Origin: Candidatus Doudnabacteria bacterium
GTDB lineage: Bacteria; Patescibacteriota; Doudnabacteria; UBA920
Direction: 5' to 3'
Length of the DNA: 64,000 nucleotides
Assembly: GCA_963837465.1 (NCBI GenBank)
Contig: CAWINB010000004.1
Location: forward strand, 650,853-714,852
Part shown: one piece after another, positions 9,401 through 17,937 of the stretch
Position numbering within the stretch: the first letter of the stretch is position 1
Layout of the letters: every line of letters starts with the position of its first letter
The notes under the pieces: model-generated
Told to the model about the DNA's origin: nothing
Seen by the model: the letters and a program-made list of their open reading frames with translations, nothing else
Database searches by the model: none
Program-made: the position numbers and the translations under genes

Positions 9401-9591
9401 TTAGCAACCTTTACACCGGCAGTAATAAGCAATGCCAGATTACAAACCCGAACCTTTACAACCAATGTGTTGCCGCGGCTGAAGACCCCCAGCAAAATAT
9501 CCAGGCCGCCTGCCAAATTTCCAACAATGGTACCAAATGGAGCGCTTGGCAGGCCGATATTAATGCCTGCAATATAAATCCAGGTTCATAA
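6424..9591 (+). CDS. large membrane protein: G/S/Q- and G/E/P-rich region, TM segments, C-terminal Cys-rich lytic transglycosylase (SLT-like) domain
   Basis: AAHESGG (catalytic Glu), SFGLFQIN, DPQQNIQAA...KWSAW motifs; ATG at 6424 preferred over TTG 6400. Confidence 0.75.
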   Translation: MAEEDSQSNIGVADGQEDAVRSDKQPAASKKFIPLSGKPQIVRLGESFLGGRVLIVNVTVGGEPLNNGIKVYKDSEIIFTGRGLDNLDFWEVSREGRDSLPFTRFRTKSPSLAVFSPQDALGALENGESFGISFFSSKYGGTMRTLSALFTYETEEADEEAARKAKAARAAAEAAQSEGGGGTLGISQLIDESIGGVANAVGRGLRSSARSAVSGTAGAYAAGSQTVSQKSTTESAGGGGYDEETAQVSTVNVPSSTIEASSAGTRVVSQSGTVGGSRGAEITSSGTVSGSGGGTISSSGTVEPRTRVGATAQVSSASGGGQTFGGGTVSAGGTASAQAFVEARVSGSASGQASGGGQVSASVSGGGGVSSGGGGNISGQASVQSGGSQAASARPVSQGLQGGGISSGRQQTAQAQSAGQNAGQQAQTVSQNQGGRAGSTISGTAQTAVPSFSSGTNLKTQIGGAGATSPAVPKSRPLASGAPATPLGSLPQNFSGASGTFQPGLNLGASTPVDGIAVNPPAGMEGTLNKFFENQSALGRLDLGPAENQNHEIQGQESSLPDGENVTESSGSPASDGQPEISGSPETEPDVAPPLSEAGLPGEGAGGEGQGGQEGAVDSGDSGSGAQSGNSEPGAKGGLNGQTEGGQGGPPDKNAPTGTKPPGQNPEATGAPDAAVPGQQPAAEGAAPDSAEADALAGPEADGEAGAGAGPEGAAAAGAALSGGGLDAAAALVNTEVNSLLTAAALWVWGSGIVSCGFTIVLGALVGDFLVLMKKRLAKRAVSALSVTSLGAGMKLASFSNDQLAEKIKFNLPVKANIAAMNAVVAVMIFGAIFFFGVVLYAGCTWPLGQFISSATNFKASIIGGMGYSNVCQDFLSFPAGLSGAAQGATTAGPGAPSPSTSSSRTCNVLPSGNASVAQLSTTCFGANAYTAAVVAAHESGGTPGIASGTDYCRNPDGSPVMINGKIASVSFGLFQINITAHPLGNLNCPTAFSNLYTGSNKQCQITNPNLYNQCVAAAEDPQQNIQAACQISNNGTKWSAWQADINACNINPGS

Positions 9592-9602
9592 TTTCAGCTT
9601 TT

Positions 9603-10079
9603 ATGAAAAAATCCTACAAATTTTTAATCGCGATAATAATTATCGGCTTGTTTGCTTACAGCCTGTACTTCGCGCTGACTTCCAAAAAACAGGTTGCCGC
9701 GCCGGTTGTGACCAGCCAAATAAGCGGGCCGACTTTAACCGTGCCTACGCAAAACGGGAGCAGTACCCAGGTTAGTGATATTACCAAAAATCCCCAGGCA
9801 GTTTTGGGCGACACCGATGTCATTGACCAGAACAGCGGCTACAGCATTGTTTATTTTAGCAAAGACCAAAGCTTTTTGATTACCATTCTTTCGGAGCCGG
9901 CGCAGGAAAACCGGGACGCGGCGGAACAGGAATTGCTCACCAAGCTGCAAGTCAGCCAATCCACGGCCTGCGATTTAAAAGTAGCGCTGACCGTGCCCGC
10001 GGATGTAGACGAAGCGTTATCCGGACAGGACTGGGGCTTAAGTTTTTGTCCCATAGGACAGACATTTCCGATTGAATAA
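9603..10079 (+). CDS. membrane-anchored hypothetical protein
   Basis: N-terminal basic + hydrophobic anchor, two C-terminal Cys. Confidence 0.75.
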   Translation: MKKSYKFLIAIIIIGLFAYSLYFALTSKKQVAAPVVTSQISGPTLTVPTQNGSSTQVSDITKNPQAVLGDTDVIDQNSGYSIVYFSKDQSFLITILSEPAQENRDAAEQELLTKLQVSQSTACDLKVALTVPADVDEALSGQDWGLSFCPIGQTFPIE

Positions 10080-10092
10080 GGTCGTAAAACCA

Positions 10093-10119
10093 TCCCCTTG
10101 AAGGCTGCCTTCAAGGGGA
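10093..10119. repeat. REP-like palindrome (second copy at 38390-38416)
   Basis: TCCCCTTGAAGGC-T-GCCTTCAAGGGGA. Confidence 0.75.
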
Positions 10120-10189
10120 ATTTTGCCGCCTTGGATTTTTGTGCTATAATATTTTTATTAACGAAGTATTATCATCGAAATAAAAATAA

Positions 10190-11347
10190 ATGAATAAAAG
10201 AGCTATTGCCATTTTAGGCGTTATTTTTCTTCTTATTGTGGGCACTTTGGGTTTTTTGATTTACGCCAAATATTCGGGCGGCAAAGCAAAAACACCGGCT
10301 GCGCCGTCTTTATCCCAAACCGCTACTTCCACCAGCACGCCTAATTCAACTGCTTCCACCACACCGCCATCAACAAGTCAGGGCATCGGGCAACTGACAA
10401 CCGACCAGGTGGTTTCCCCCGCTTTGTTTTTTAACGACAGCGGCATAACTTATTTTGACAATCAGGGCAATTTGTACCAGTCAACCCTGCAAACCAGCAA
10501 CGGCCAGCTTGAGTTAACCGATAAAAAACAGCTGGATATTCCGGTTAAGGCCAACATTACCAAAATTTTATGGCCGCAAAAAGGCAACGATTTTATAGCG
10601 GAAATTACCGACCCGGCGACCCAAAAAATAAGCTGGAGTTATTTTAACAGCAACAGCGGGGCTTACACGGACTTGCCGCCTCAGGTTGAAAGCGTGGATT
10701 GGATGCCCGACGGAACCCGGATAGCCTACGTTTGGCTGGCTAACGGTAAAGCCAGTTTGAGCATGGGCAATCCCGACGCTACCAGCTACAAAACCCTGGC
10801 TCCCATGTGGGAAACAGACGACACTTTGAGCGTCTCCCCCGACGGCTCGCAGATTTTGTATTACGAAACCAACAATACGGGTTTGACCAACGCCATTAAC
10901 TCCGTCAGCATAGACGGCAAGGTTTGGAAAGGCTTGGTTAAAAGCGGCCAGAATTTTGGGGTTTTGTGGAGCCCGGACGGACAAAAATTTTTGTTTGGCA
11001 AAAAAGATCCGGCCACGCTGCAGTACCAGTTGTGGTATTACAACTTAACTTCCGGCGAAACGGAAAATCTCGGCCTGTTTACCACCGTGGATAAAGCAGT
11101 ATGGGCCGGCGACAGCAATATTATTTACGCCGCCGTGCCCAATTCAACTTCTCCGGCCCAGGGTAGTTTAACCAGCGATAGTTTTTACAGCCTTAACACT
11201 TCCACTTTGGCCAAGCAGCAGTACGGCGTTGGCGTAACTACGGCCATTGACGGCCAGGATTTGTTCTTAAACTCCAGCGGCAACGACTTATTTTTTAAGA
11301 ACGCGCAGGATGGGGGCCTTTACTATCTTGATTTAAGCCAGCAGTAG
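10190..11347 (+). CDS. membrane-anchored beta-propeller (TolB/PD40-like) protein
   Basis: N-terminal TM, S/T/P linker, repeated WMPDG, VSPDG, WSPDG motifs. Confidence 0.75.
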   Translation: MNKRAIAILGVIFLLIVGTLGFLIYAKYSGGKAKTPAAPSLSQTATSTSTPNSTASTTPPSTSQGIGQLTTDQVVSPALFFNDSGITYFDNQGNLYQSTLQTSNGQLELTDKKQLDIPVKANITKILWPQKGNDFIAEITDPATQKISWSYFNSNSGAYTDLPPQVESVDWMPDGTRIAYVWLANGKASLSMGNPDATSYKTLAPMWETDDTLSVSPDGSQILYYETNNTGLTNAINSVSIDGKVWKGLVKSGQNFGVLWSPDGQKFLFGKKDPATLQYQLWYYNLTSGETENLGLFTTVDKAVWAGDSNIIYAAVPNSTSPAQGSLTSDSFYSLNTSTLAKQQYGVGVTTAIDGQDLFLNSSGNDLFFKNAQDGGLYYLDLSQQ

Positions 11348-11383
11348 GTCTGGATTTTATATATTCAGGCAGCTCCAGGTTAA

Positions 11384-11483
11384 TTTCAAATTTCCAATTA
11401 CAAATTTCAAATTAATGCCGAGTACCCAATTTTGAATTTGATTGTTGGGGTTTGGTTTGAAATTTGATATTTGCAATTTGGAA
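11384..11483. repeat. gene-less inverted 7-mer array (same family as 2337-2753)
   Basis: TTTCAAA TTTCCAA TTACAAA TTTCAAA ... TTTGAAA TTTGATA TTTGCAA TTTGGAA. Confidence 0.8.
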
Positions 11484-11495
11484 TTTTTTATTTTT

Positions 11496-12815
11496 ATGCC
11501 TAAAACATCAACAATCTTCGTCTGTTCCAACTGCGGCCACAAGAGTCCCCGCTGGCAGGGCAAATGCCCAAATTGCGGGCAATGGAACACTTTGGAGGAA
11601 AAGCACGAAGCAAAAGCCGGAGGCCGGACTTACAAAGCTTCGCGGATTGTGGATTTGTCTTCCGTGGACGTTGACCAGCGGCCGAGAATAATAACCGGCA
11701 TTGGGGAGTTTGACGAGGTCTTGGGCGGCGGCATTGTGCCGGGCAGTTTGGTGCTCCTGGGCGGTGACCCCGGCATAGGAAAATCCACTTTGGCGCTGCA
11801 GCTTTGCATGAAGGTTAAAGACAGCGTGCTGTATGTTTCGGGCGAGGAGTCGGTTAGCCAGATTAAACTGCGGGCGACGCGGCTGGATAAAAACCACCAA
11901 CTGGGAGTTTTGGCGGAGACCGATTTAGCTGCCATTTTGGCCACAATCCAAAACCAGGATCCGGCGTTGGTAATTTTGGATTCCATCCAAACCATTTACT
12001 CGGCCGAAAGCAGCGGCGTGGCAGGCGGCGTGGCCCAGGTTACCGGCGCGGTACAGCAGGTTATGCGTCTGGCCAAGCAAAACCATATTTCTTTTTTGGT
12101 TATTGGCCATGTAACCAAGGAGGGATATTTGGCCGGGCCCAAGACTTTGGAGCATATGGTGGACACCGTTTTGTATCTGGAAGGAGAACGGTTTGCCAAT
12201 TTCAGGATTTTGCGCTGCGTTAAAAACCGCTTTGGCACCACCAACGAAGTCGGAGTGTTTGAAATGCAGGGGCAGGGGTTGGTGGAAGTAAAAAATCCCT
12301 CCCAACTGTTTTTGGGCGAGGAGCAGTTGCAGGCTTCGGGGAACGTGGTAACTTCGGTTATGGAGGGCAGCCGCGCCCTGCTTTTGGAAATTCAGGCGCT
12401 TACTTCAACTACCAGTTTTGGTTATCCCAAGCGCACTACTGCCGGGTTTGATGTCAATCGTTTACAGTTATTAACCGCCATTCTTTCCAAGCGCGCGGGA
12501 CTGAACCTGTCCAACCAGGATATTTACGTCAACGTGGTCGGCGGCATAAAAATAGACGAGCCAGCCGCGGATTTAGCCGTGGCGCTGGCCATTGTTTCCA
12601 GCCTCAAAGATTCCATAATGTCCGAGACCGTGGCCATAGGCGAACTCGGCCTCTCCGGCGAAGTCCGCTTTGTCCCCAACCTGGAAAAACGCATAAAAGA
12701 AGCCGAAAAACTCGGCTTTAAAAAAATAATCTGCCCGAAAACTAAATTAACATCGCAAAATAAAATTGAGGTGGCGCAGGTTAGGACTTTGGCGGAAGCG
12801 ATTGTGAAAATATAA
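11496..12815 (+). CDS. radA: DNA repair protein RadA/Sms
   Basis: C4 Zn finger CSNC..CPNC, GDPGIGKST, KNRFG motif, Lon-like C-terminus. Confidence 0.97.
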   Translation: MPKTSTIFVCSNCGHKSPRWQGKCPNCGQWNTLEEKHEAKAGGRTYKASRIVDLSSVDVDQRPRIITGIGEFDEVLGGGIVPGSLVLLGGDPGIGKSTLALQLCMKVKDSVLYVSGEESVSQIKLRATRLDKNHQLGVLAETDLAAILATIQNQDPALVILDSIQTIYSAESSGVAGGVAQVTGAVQQVMRLAKQNHISFLVIGHVTKEGYLAGPKTLEHMVDTVLYLEGERFANFRILRCVKNRFGTTNEVGVFEMQGQGLVEVKNPSQLFLGEEQLQASGNVVTSVMEGSRALLLEIQALTSTTSFGYPKRTTAGFDVNRLQLLTAILSKRAGLNLSNQDIYVNVVGGIKIDEPAADLAVALAIVSSLKDSIMSETVAIGELGLSGEVRFVPNLEKRIKEAEKLGFKKIICPKTKLTSQNKIEVAQVRTLAEAIVKI

Positions 12816-12998
12816 AAAAAGGGGGCATCAGGACTGGCCTAGTCCATCCGCCCCCGGCTTGCTGTAGCCAGAGCATTGTGGTTTGGTTCAGCAAGATCGA
12901 GAAACGAAATACGGTTCGTCAGCCTAATGCTCGCTCAATCATGGGGCGAGGCGGGCAAGATGATTGAGAAAAGTTGGCGATCGACATTTCGCGTCTTG

Positions 12999-13232
12999 TT
13001 AGTCAACAGGTAATTCCTTTTGTTGGGCAACCCACTGCCCAACTGTTTGAGTAGCCGGAAAAAGAGGTATCTGGGAAAGAACCGTAGGTAAATTGCCTTT
13101 GTGTTTGCGCACCCATGATGCGACGATCATGAGTTGCTCATTTCTGGGAATTCCCCAGAAAAATTTTCCCCTACTATCCCAGCAGGGAAATGCTTGCGAT
13201 TCATCGTCGGCGTGTAACATGCTGGTAAACAT
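12999..13232 (-). CDS. small hypothetical protein
   Basis: 77-aa ORF with AAGGAGAG SD upstream of ATG. Confidence 0.4.
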   Translation of the reverse strand: MFTSMLHADDESQAFPCWDSRGKFFWGIPRNEQLMIVASWVRKHKGNLPTVLSQIPLFPATQTVGQWVAQQKELPVD

Positions 13233-13338
13233 TGAACTCTCCTTTTAAAATATCCTAAAAGCCTACTGTTGATTATATTTGGCCTCCTCCGAATATTTAG
13301 CGATATTATGGCAGAAGGTTTATAAAAAAGCAAATCTA

Positions 13339-15393
13339 TCATTCAAAATGTACCACTTTATCTTTTATTTTGTCTTGTAGTAAAGGATATTTTTGTAAAT
13401 TTAGATCATCTTTTAACAGCTTTACAGCTTCCTGGCGGGCTGGTTCTATTAAGGCTGTGTAGCTTGGGTCAAAGTATTTAAAGTTCCAGCCGGCTTGGGC
13501 TTGGCCGTAGATTTCGCCGAAGCCGCGGGTTTTTAGGTCGGCTTCGGCCAGGGCAAAACCATCCTGGATTTTGGTAAAGGATGTTAGGCGGTTTATAGTG
13601 TCAGGGTTTTGGTTGTCTGTAAACAGAAAGCAAAAGCTTTGGTGCTCGGCCCGGCCCACGCGGCCGCGGAACTGGTGGAGCTGGGACAGGCCAAAACGGT
13701 CGGCGCCTTCAATCAACATAACCGAGGCGTTGGGTATGTCCACGCCTACTTCCACCACTGAGGTTGAAACTAAAATATTAATTTTATTGGCCAGGAAATC
13801 GGCCATGACGCTTTCTTTTTCTTTGGATTTCATCCGGCCGTGGAGCAGTCCGATGTTAAACCGCGGGAATATTTTTTTCAGGCTTTCCAGTTCTTTTTTG
13901 GCGGATTTGGTTTCCAATACCGCCGATTGCTCCACCAGCGGCGTAATCACAAAAGCCTGTCTGCCCAAAAGCAGTTGTTTTTTTACAAACTCGTAAGCCT
14001 GGCCGCGGTTTTGGGCCAGGACCAGTTTTGTCAGAATGGGTTTTCTGCCCACCGGCTTGGTTTTAATCTGGGAAATTTCCAGTTCGCCAAAAAAAGCCAG
14101 CTGCAGCGTGCGGGGTATGGGCGTGGCCGATAACGAAAGCAGGTGCGGGACTATTTTAGCGTTTTGCATTAACGCCGCCCGCTGCTCCACGCCAAAACGG
14201 TGCTGCTCGTCTATAATTACAAGAGCCGGATTTTTAAATTTGATATTTTTTTGCAGCAAAGCGTGGGTGCCTATGTAGATTCCCGGCATACCTTGGCTTA
14301 TGAGCATTTGCAATTTATCCTTGCTTAAGGATTCGTCGCCTATCTGGTTATAATTTTGAGTCAGCAGTATGATTTTAAGATTTTGACGGCCCTGGGAACC
14401 GGGCAAAAGTTTTTTTGCCACTTCAAAATGCTGGCGGGCCAAAATTTCCGTGGGCGCCAGAAAAACGGCCTGAAGATTCTGGCTGGCCGCTTCTAAAGAC
14501 GCGATTAAAGCCACCACGGTTTTGCCGCTGCCCACATCCCCCTGCAGCAGCCGGTTCATTGGCACGGGTTTTTCCAAATCCCGCAAAATATCCCAGGCCG
14601 CTTTTTTTTGCTCCACGGTAAGTTTAAAAGGCAGACTATCTACAAATTTTTTTACCAATACTTGGTCAAATTTTACAATATGGGATTTCTTGCGGGCCAG
14701 CTCCATTTTATGCCTTTGCGCCGCCAGCTGGCTTAAAAATATTTCTTCAAAAGCCAGACGTTTTTTCGCGGCCGCTAAAACCTGCTCGCTTTCCGGAAAG
14801 TGGGATTGGCGGATGGTTTGGCTTATATCCATCAGGCCTTGATTTTTTATTACGGCCGCGGGCAATTCGTCCGTCACTTCCCCGGCCAGCGGCAAAATAT
14901 TGGCTACCAGGTTGCGGAAAGTTTTTGGGTACAATCCTTGTTTGAGATGATACAGCGGGACCAAACGCGAGGTGTGCACCGGGAAATCGGCGGCTTTTTC
15001 GTAAATCGGGTTGGTAAGCTGCAGGGAAAAATTGTAATAGTCGGGCTGTCCGGCCAAAAATATTTCATCGCCGGTTTTTAAGCTTTGGGCCAGATACGGC
15101 TGGTTGAACCAGACCACCTTTAAAGATCCGGTTTCATCGCTGACTATGGCTTCAGCCAAAGACATCCGTCCCTTAAAGGAAAAACGGCTGCCGATGCTTT
15201 TAATTTGTACTTTCAGGCTGACGCTTTCGCCGGGCCTGATAGCTTTAATATTAACTACTTTGCTAAAATCCAAATAGCGGTAGGGGAAATACAGCAACAA
15301 ATCCCGGACCGTTAAAATTCCGAGTTTTTTTAAAGCCGCTAATTGCGGCTTTTGAAGTCTGGGCAGGTTTTCGATTGTGTCCGTAAGCTTCAT
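13339..15393 (-). CDS. recG: ATP-dependent DNA helicase RecG
   Basis: MNRLLQGDVGSGKT, DEQHRFG, SATPIPRT, QLHQFRGRVGR; start at ATG 15393. Confidence 0.97.
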   Translation of the reverse strand: MKLTDTIENLPRLQKPQLAALKKLGILTVRDLLLYFPYRYLDFSKVVNIKAIRPGESVSLKVQIKSIGSRFSFKGRMSLAEAIVSDETGSLKVVWFNQPYLAQSLKTGDEIFLAGQPDYYNFSLQLTNPIYEKAADFPVHTSRLVPLYHLKQGLYPKTFRNLVANILPLAGEVTDELPAAVIKNQGLMDISQTIRQSHFPESEQVLAAAKKRLAFEEIFLSQLAAQRHKMELARKKSHIVKFDQVLVKKFVDSLPFKLTVEQKKAAWDILRDLEKPVPMNRLLQGDVGSGKTVVALIASLEAASQNLQAVFLAPTEILARQHFEVAKKLLPGSQGRQNLKIILLTQNYNQIGDESLSKDKLQMLISQGMPGIYIGTHALLQKNIKFKNPALVIIDEQHRFGVEQRAALMQNAKIVPHLLSLSATPIPRTLQLAFFGELEISQIKTKPVGRKPILTKLVLAQNRGQAYEFVKKQLLLGRQAFVITPLVEQSAVLETKSAKKELESLKKIFPRFNIGLLHGRMKSKEKESVMADFLANKINILVSTSVVEVGVDIPNASVMLIEGADRFGLSQLHQFRGRVGRAEHQSFCFLFTDNQNPDTINRLTSFTKIQDGFALAEADLKTRGFGEIYGQAQAGWNFKYFDPSYTALIEPARQEAVKLLKDDLNLQKYPLLQDKIKDKVVHFE

Positions 15394-15475
15394 AAATCCG
15401 TCAGTTTGACAGCCCTCCGCAGTCATCCGCTGCCGCGGATTCCGGCGCGGGACACGTTTTCGCGAAGCGAAAACG

Positions 15476-15552
15476 TGGTGCACCCGGCAGGGATCGAACC
15501 TGCGGCCTTTCCCTTCGGAGGGGAACGCTCTAATCCACTGAGCTACGGATGC
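15476..15552 (-). tRNA. tRNA-Arg(CCG)
   Basis: Cloverleaf GCATCCG...TTCCC CT CCG AA GGGAA...GCAGG TTCGATC CCTGC CGGGTGC ACCA. Confidence 0.95.
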
Positions 15553-15560
15553 TTAATATT

Positions 15561-15678
15561 CCACAGATCACGGATAAGCACAGATTCACAGATTGATTAT
15601 CCGCTTAGTAGTATTGTTGGAAGAATTTAAATTATCAGATAAATAATCTGCGTATCTGTGTCAATCTGTGATCTGTGG
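15561..15678. repeat. gene-less inverted CACAGAT / ATCTGTG tandem-repeat arms
   Basis: CCACAGAT CACGGAT AAG CACAGAT T CACAGAT ... ATCTGCGT ATCTGTG TCA ATCTGTG ATCTGTGG. Confidence 0.8.
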
Positions 15679-15681
15679 ACA

Positions 15682-16152
15682 TTAAAATTTAAACCTATGC
15701 GTAATCTTTTGTGCCGGGGTTTCCTGGGTTTCGTGGTGTTCGGGCAGCCGGCGCGCAAGGTAATCCCGGATAGTATCCGGGTTTTGGTCTTCAAGTTCCA
15801 AAATCAGGGTATTGTTAACCAAGGCTGATGTGTGGAAATTTATGGTTTGGTGTCTTTCGTTGTGCACCACCCAGAAATATTTTAACTGTTTGTAGGGGTA
15901 AAATAAATTGCCGAATTTTATGCCACGGTCGTTAAGCTCTATGGTTACCACCCGCGGAATTTGCCGGGAGAACACAATAATTAAAAGGCAGATAATTCCC
16001 AGTGTGACGGAGGCGAAAAGATCGCTTTCCACTATGGCAAAAAAGGCAATCAGCAAAATAAAAACACAAATCAGCGTAACGTACCACCCTATGTTTTTGG
16101 GATAATGCTTAAACTCCGGAGCTTGCCAGGAAATATTGGCTGGGTTAGACAT
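15682..16152 (-). CDS. membrane protein, two TM helices plus PH-like C-terminal domain (DUF5673-like)
   Basis: ISWQAPEF..YPK..GWY N-terminus, FYPYKQLKYFWV. Confidence 0.75.
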   Translation of the reverse strand: MSNPANISWQAPEFKHYPKNIGWYVTLICVFILLIAFFAIVESDLFASVTLGIICLLIIVFSRQIPRVVTIELNDRGIKFGNLFYPYKQLKYFWVVHNERHQTINFHTSALVNNTLILELEDQNPDTIRDYLARRLPEHHETQETPAQKITHRFKF

Positions 16153-16178
16153 ATTGGCTTGAATTGATTAAAATGTAT

Positions 16179-16345
16179 TGAGAAACCGTATAAAAAGTCC
16201 ATTCCGGCTGAAATCCCGTAATTTCGGCCGTTGTCATAAAAATTTTATCGGCTTGGCTTTAGGCTGAACCTTAAAAATTATTTATGCCAACCGCCACGAA
16301 ATTCTGAAATTTCATCACTAAAGCAACTTTCTGTACCGTTTCCAA
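16179..16345. mobile_element. ~165-bp MITE-like element, divergent copy
   Basis: Imperfect terminal inverted repeats GAGAAACCGTATAAAAAGT / ACTTTCTGTACCGTTTCCA; internal similarity to 32624-32786 and 52132-52296. Confidence 0.55.
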
Positions 16346-16356
16346 GTATTTATCAC

Positions 16357-16448
16357 GGAGAGGTCGCATAGTGGTTTAGTGCACCGGTCTTGAAAACCGG
16401 CAGTAGCTTTATAAGCTCTCGAGGGTTCGAATCCCTCCCTCTCCGCCA
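16357..16448 (+). tRNA. tRNA-Ser(TGA)
   Basis: GGAGAGG acceptor, CCGGT CT TGA AA ACCGG, long variable arm, encoded CCA. Confidence 0.95.
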
Positions 16449-16525
16449 GGTTTGGCAAATAAGCCGCTTAAGCCGTTTAAAAGAAATACCGCGCAAATTT
16501 ATTATAACATAAGTTTTATTAAGAC

Positions 16526-16557
16526 AAAAACAGCCTTTCTCTAGAAAAGGCTGTTTT
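16526..16557. terminator. intrinsic terminator-like hairpin after tRNA-Ser
   Basis: AAAACAGCCTTT-CTCTAGA-AAAGGCTGTTTT. Confidence 0.6.
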
Positions 16558-16670
16558 GTATTCATTCACCCTAACGTTTTTAGGGCGTGGTGGTTATAGC
16601 CTCCACGGCCACTGCCATCATTAAATATATGGTGGAAATGGCAGCGGAGGCTATTTGGCTTGGAAACTGT

Positions 16671-17921
16671 TTAAGGATTAAATTGGGGGCTCGGACTTTC
16701 TAAAATAAACGAACCGGAATCCGAGTTGGGATCAAAATTTAAAACGGGACTGGTGCTGGATGTGCCATTTTTATCAACCGGCTGCGCGGCGTCGGTTTTA
16801 TCCGGTTTTTTGACGTCAGGATACGTGGAAGTGGCCGTAGAAGAAGCGCCGGTTAAGGACGTGCCCGGGACAGAGCCTGTCAAAACAAGTGTGGAGCCGG
16901 CGGTTGTTGAGGCCGAAGATGAAGCAATCTGGCTGGTAACCAGAATCTGCTCGGCAAGGATGGCATTTTTTTGCTGCGTGCCCACCACATTGGCCTGGTC
17001 GCCGGACGACAAATCTTTAATTTGCAAATTGTCGCCATTGGTATCCGTTATGGTTGTCTGGCTGTCAAGCTGAAATGTGGTTTTTTCCACTGTAATTTGA
17101 TCGGCCGAAACCTGGCTAATTTGTCCCAATACGGCTACGGCGGTGGAAGTGGAGTTTAAGTTGGTCAGAGTCTGGTCGCTGTCCGCCACGGCCACCGACT
17201 CCTTAATTTGGGACAATTGTTCGGAATTTTGTCCAAGAGTTTTTAAGGCATTGTTGGTGGCCGCCTGGATTTGGCTGTCCGGTTTTATTTGGGTAAGCAG
17301 GCTTTGCTGCTGCTTGGTAATGTTTTCCAGAGAATTTAAAAGAGGAGGGTTGCTTTGCGATTGCGGGTTGTTTTGGGCAACACTGCCTACAACAGCAACG
17401 GCGCTGCTGGTTTGGCTCGTGAGTTCATTAAGCGCCGCGTTCTTTTCATCCGCCGGGCTTTGGGGATTGCTAAAAACCTCCTGGGCATCGCTTAAGCGGC
17501 TTTGCGCAATGGCAATCTGTAAATTTGCCCTGTTTTGGGCGCTGCCGGCAAAAGCCAGTTGTACCTGCTCGCCGATTTTTTTAACCGCGAATAAGGCCTG
17601 GCCGGGCAGCGAGCCGGCCGCGGCATAGCCGGTGGCGGCGAAAGCCGAGAATACTAAAATCAAACTTAAGCTGGCCGCGGCCAAGCGCGACATTGGCACC
17701 CAGTTCAACCAAAAACTTTTTGTTTTAGCCAGGGCGTATTTGCGGTTCACCATAGGCGTTGGCACAATATTTTTGGGAATTGATAAAAGACTATGGCTTA
17801 AATCCAACAGCGGCTCCAGCTCATTTTTATAATCGGCAAATTTAACCAGGACATCCTGCTGGGAATGCCCTTTTCTCATAAGCTCAATGGCTTGGTCGTA
17901 AATTTCTTCTATGCTGTTCAT
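16671..17921 (-). CDS. putative anti-sigma factor (N-terminal helical domain, TM helix, DUF5667-like and DUF5666-like domains)
   Basis: SLPGQ.LF.VKKIGEQVQL motif, beta-rich OB-like segment, directly downstream of an ECF sigma. Confidence 0.7.
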   Translation of the reverse strand: MNSIEEIYDQAIELMRKGHSQQDVLVKFADYKNELEPLLDLSHSLLSIPKNIVPTPMVNRKYALAKTKSFWLNWVPMSRLAAASLSLILVFSAFAATGYAAAGSLPGQALFAVKKIGEQVQLAFAGSAQNRANLQIAIAQSRLSDAQEVFSNPQSPADEKNAALNELTSQTSSAVAVVGSVAQNNPQSQSNPPLLNSLENITKQQQSLLTQIKPDSQIQAATNNALKTLGQNSEQLSQIKESVAVADSDQTLTNLNSTSTAVAVLGQISQVSADQITVEKTTFQLDSQTTITDTNGDNLQIKDLSSGDQANVVGTQQKNAILAEQILVTSQIASSSASTTAGSTLVLTGSVPGTSLTGASSTATSTYPDVKKPDKTDAAQPVDKNGTSSTSPVLNFDPNSDSGSFILESPSPQFNP

Positions 17922-17937
17922 CTCTGGTAATTGACTA

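Noticed and set aside
15393-15483. N-terminal extension of RecG in the ORF track (similar extensions for radA, clpC, mreD, HU)
   Set aside because: These overlap a tRNA, repeats or untranslated leader; downstream ATGs match the family N-termini
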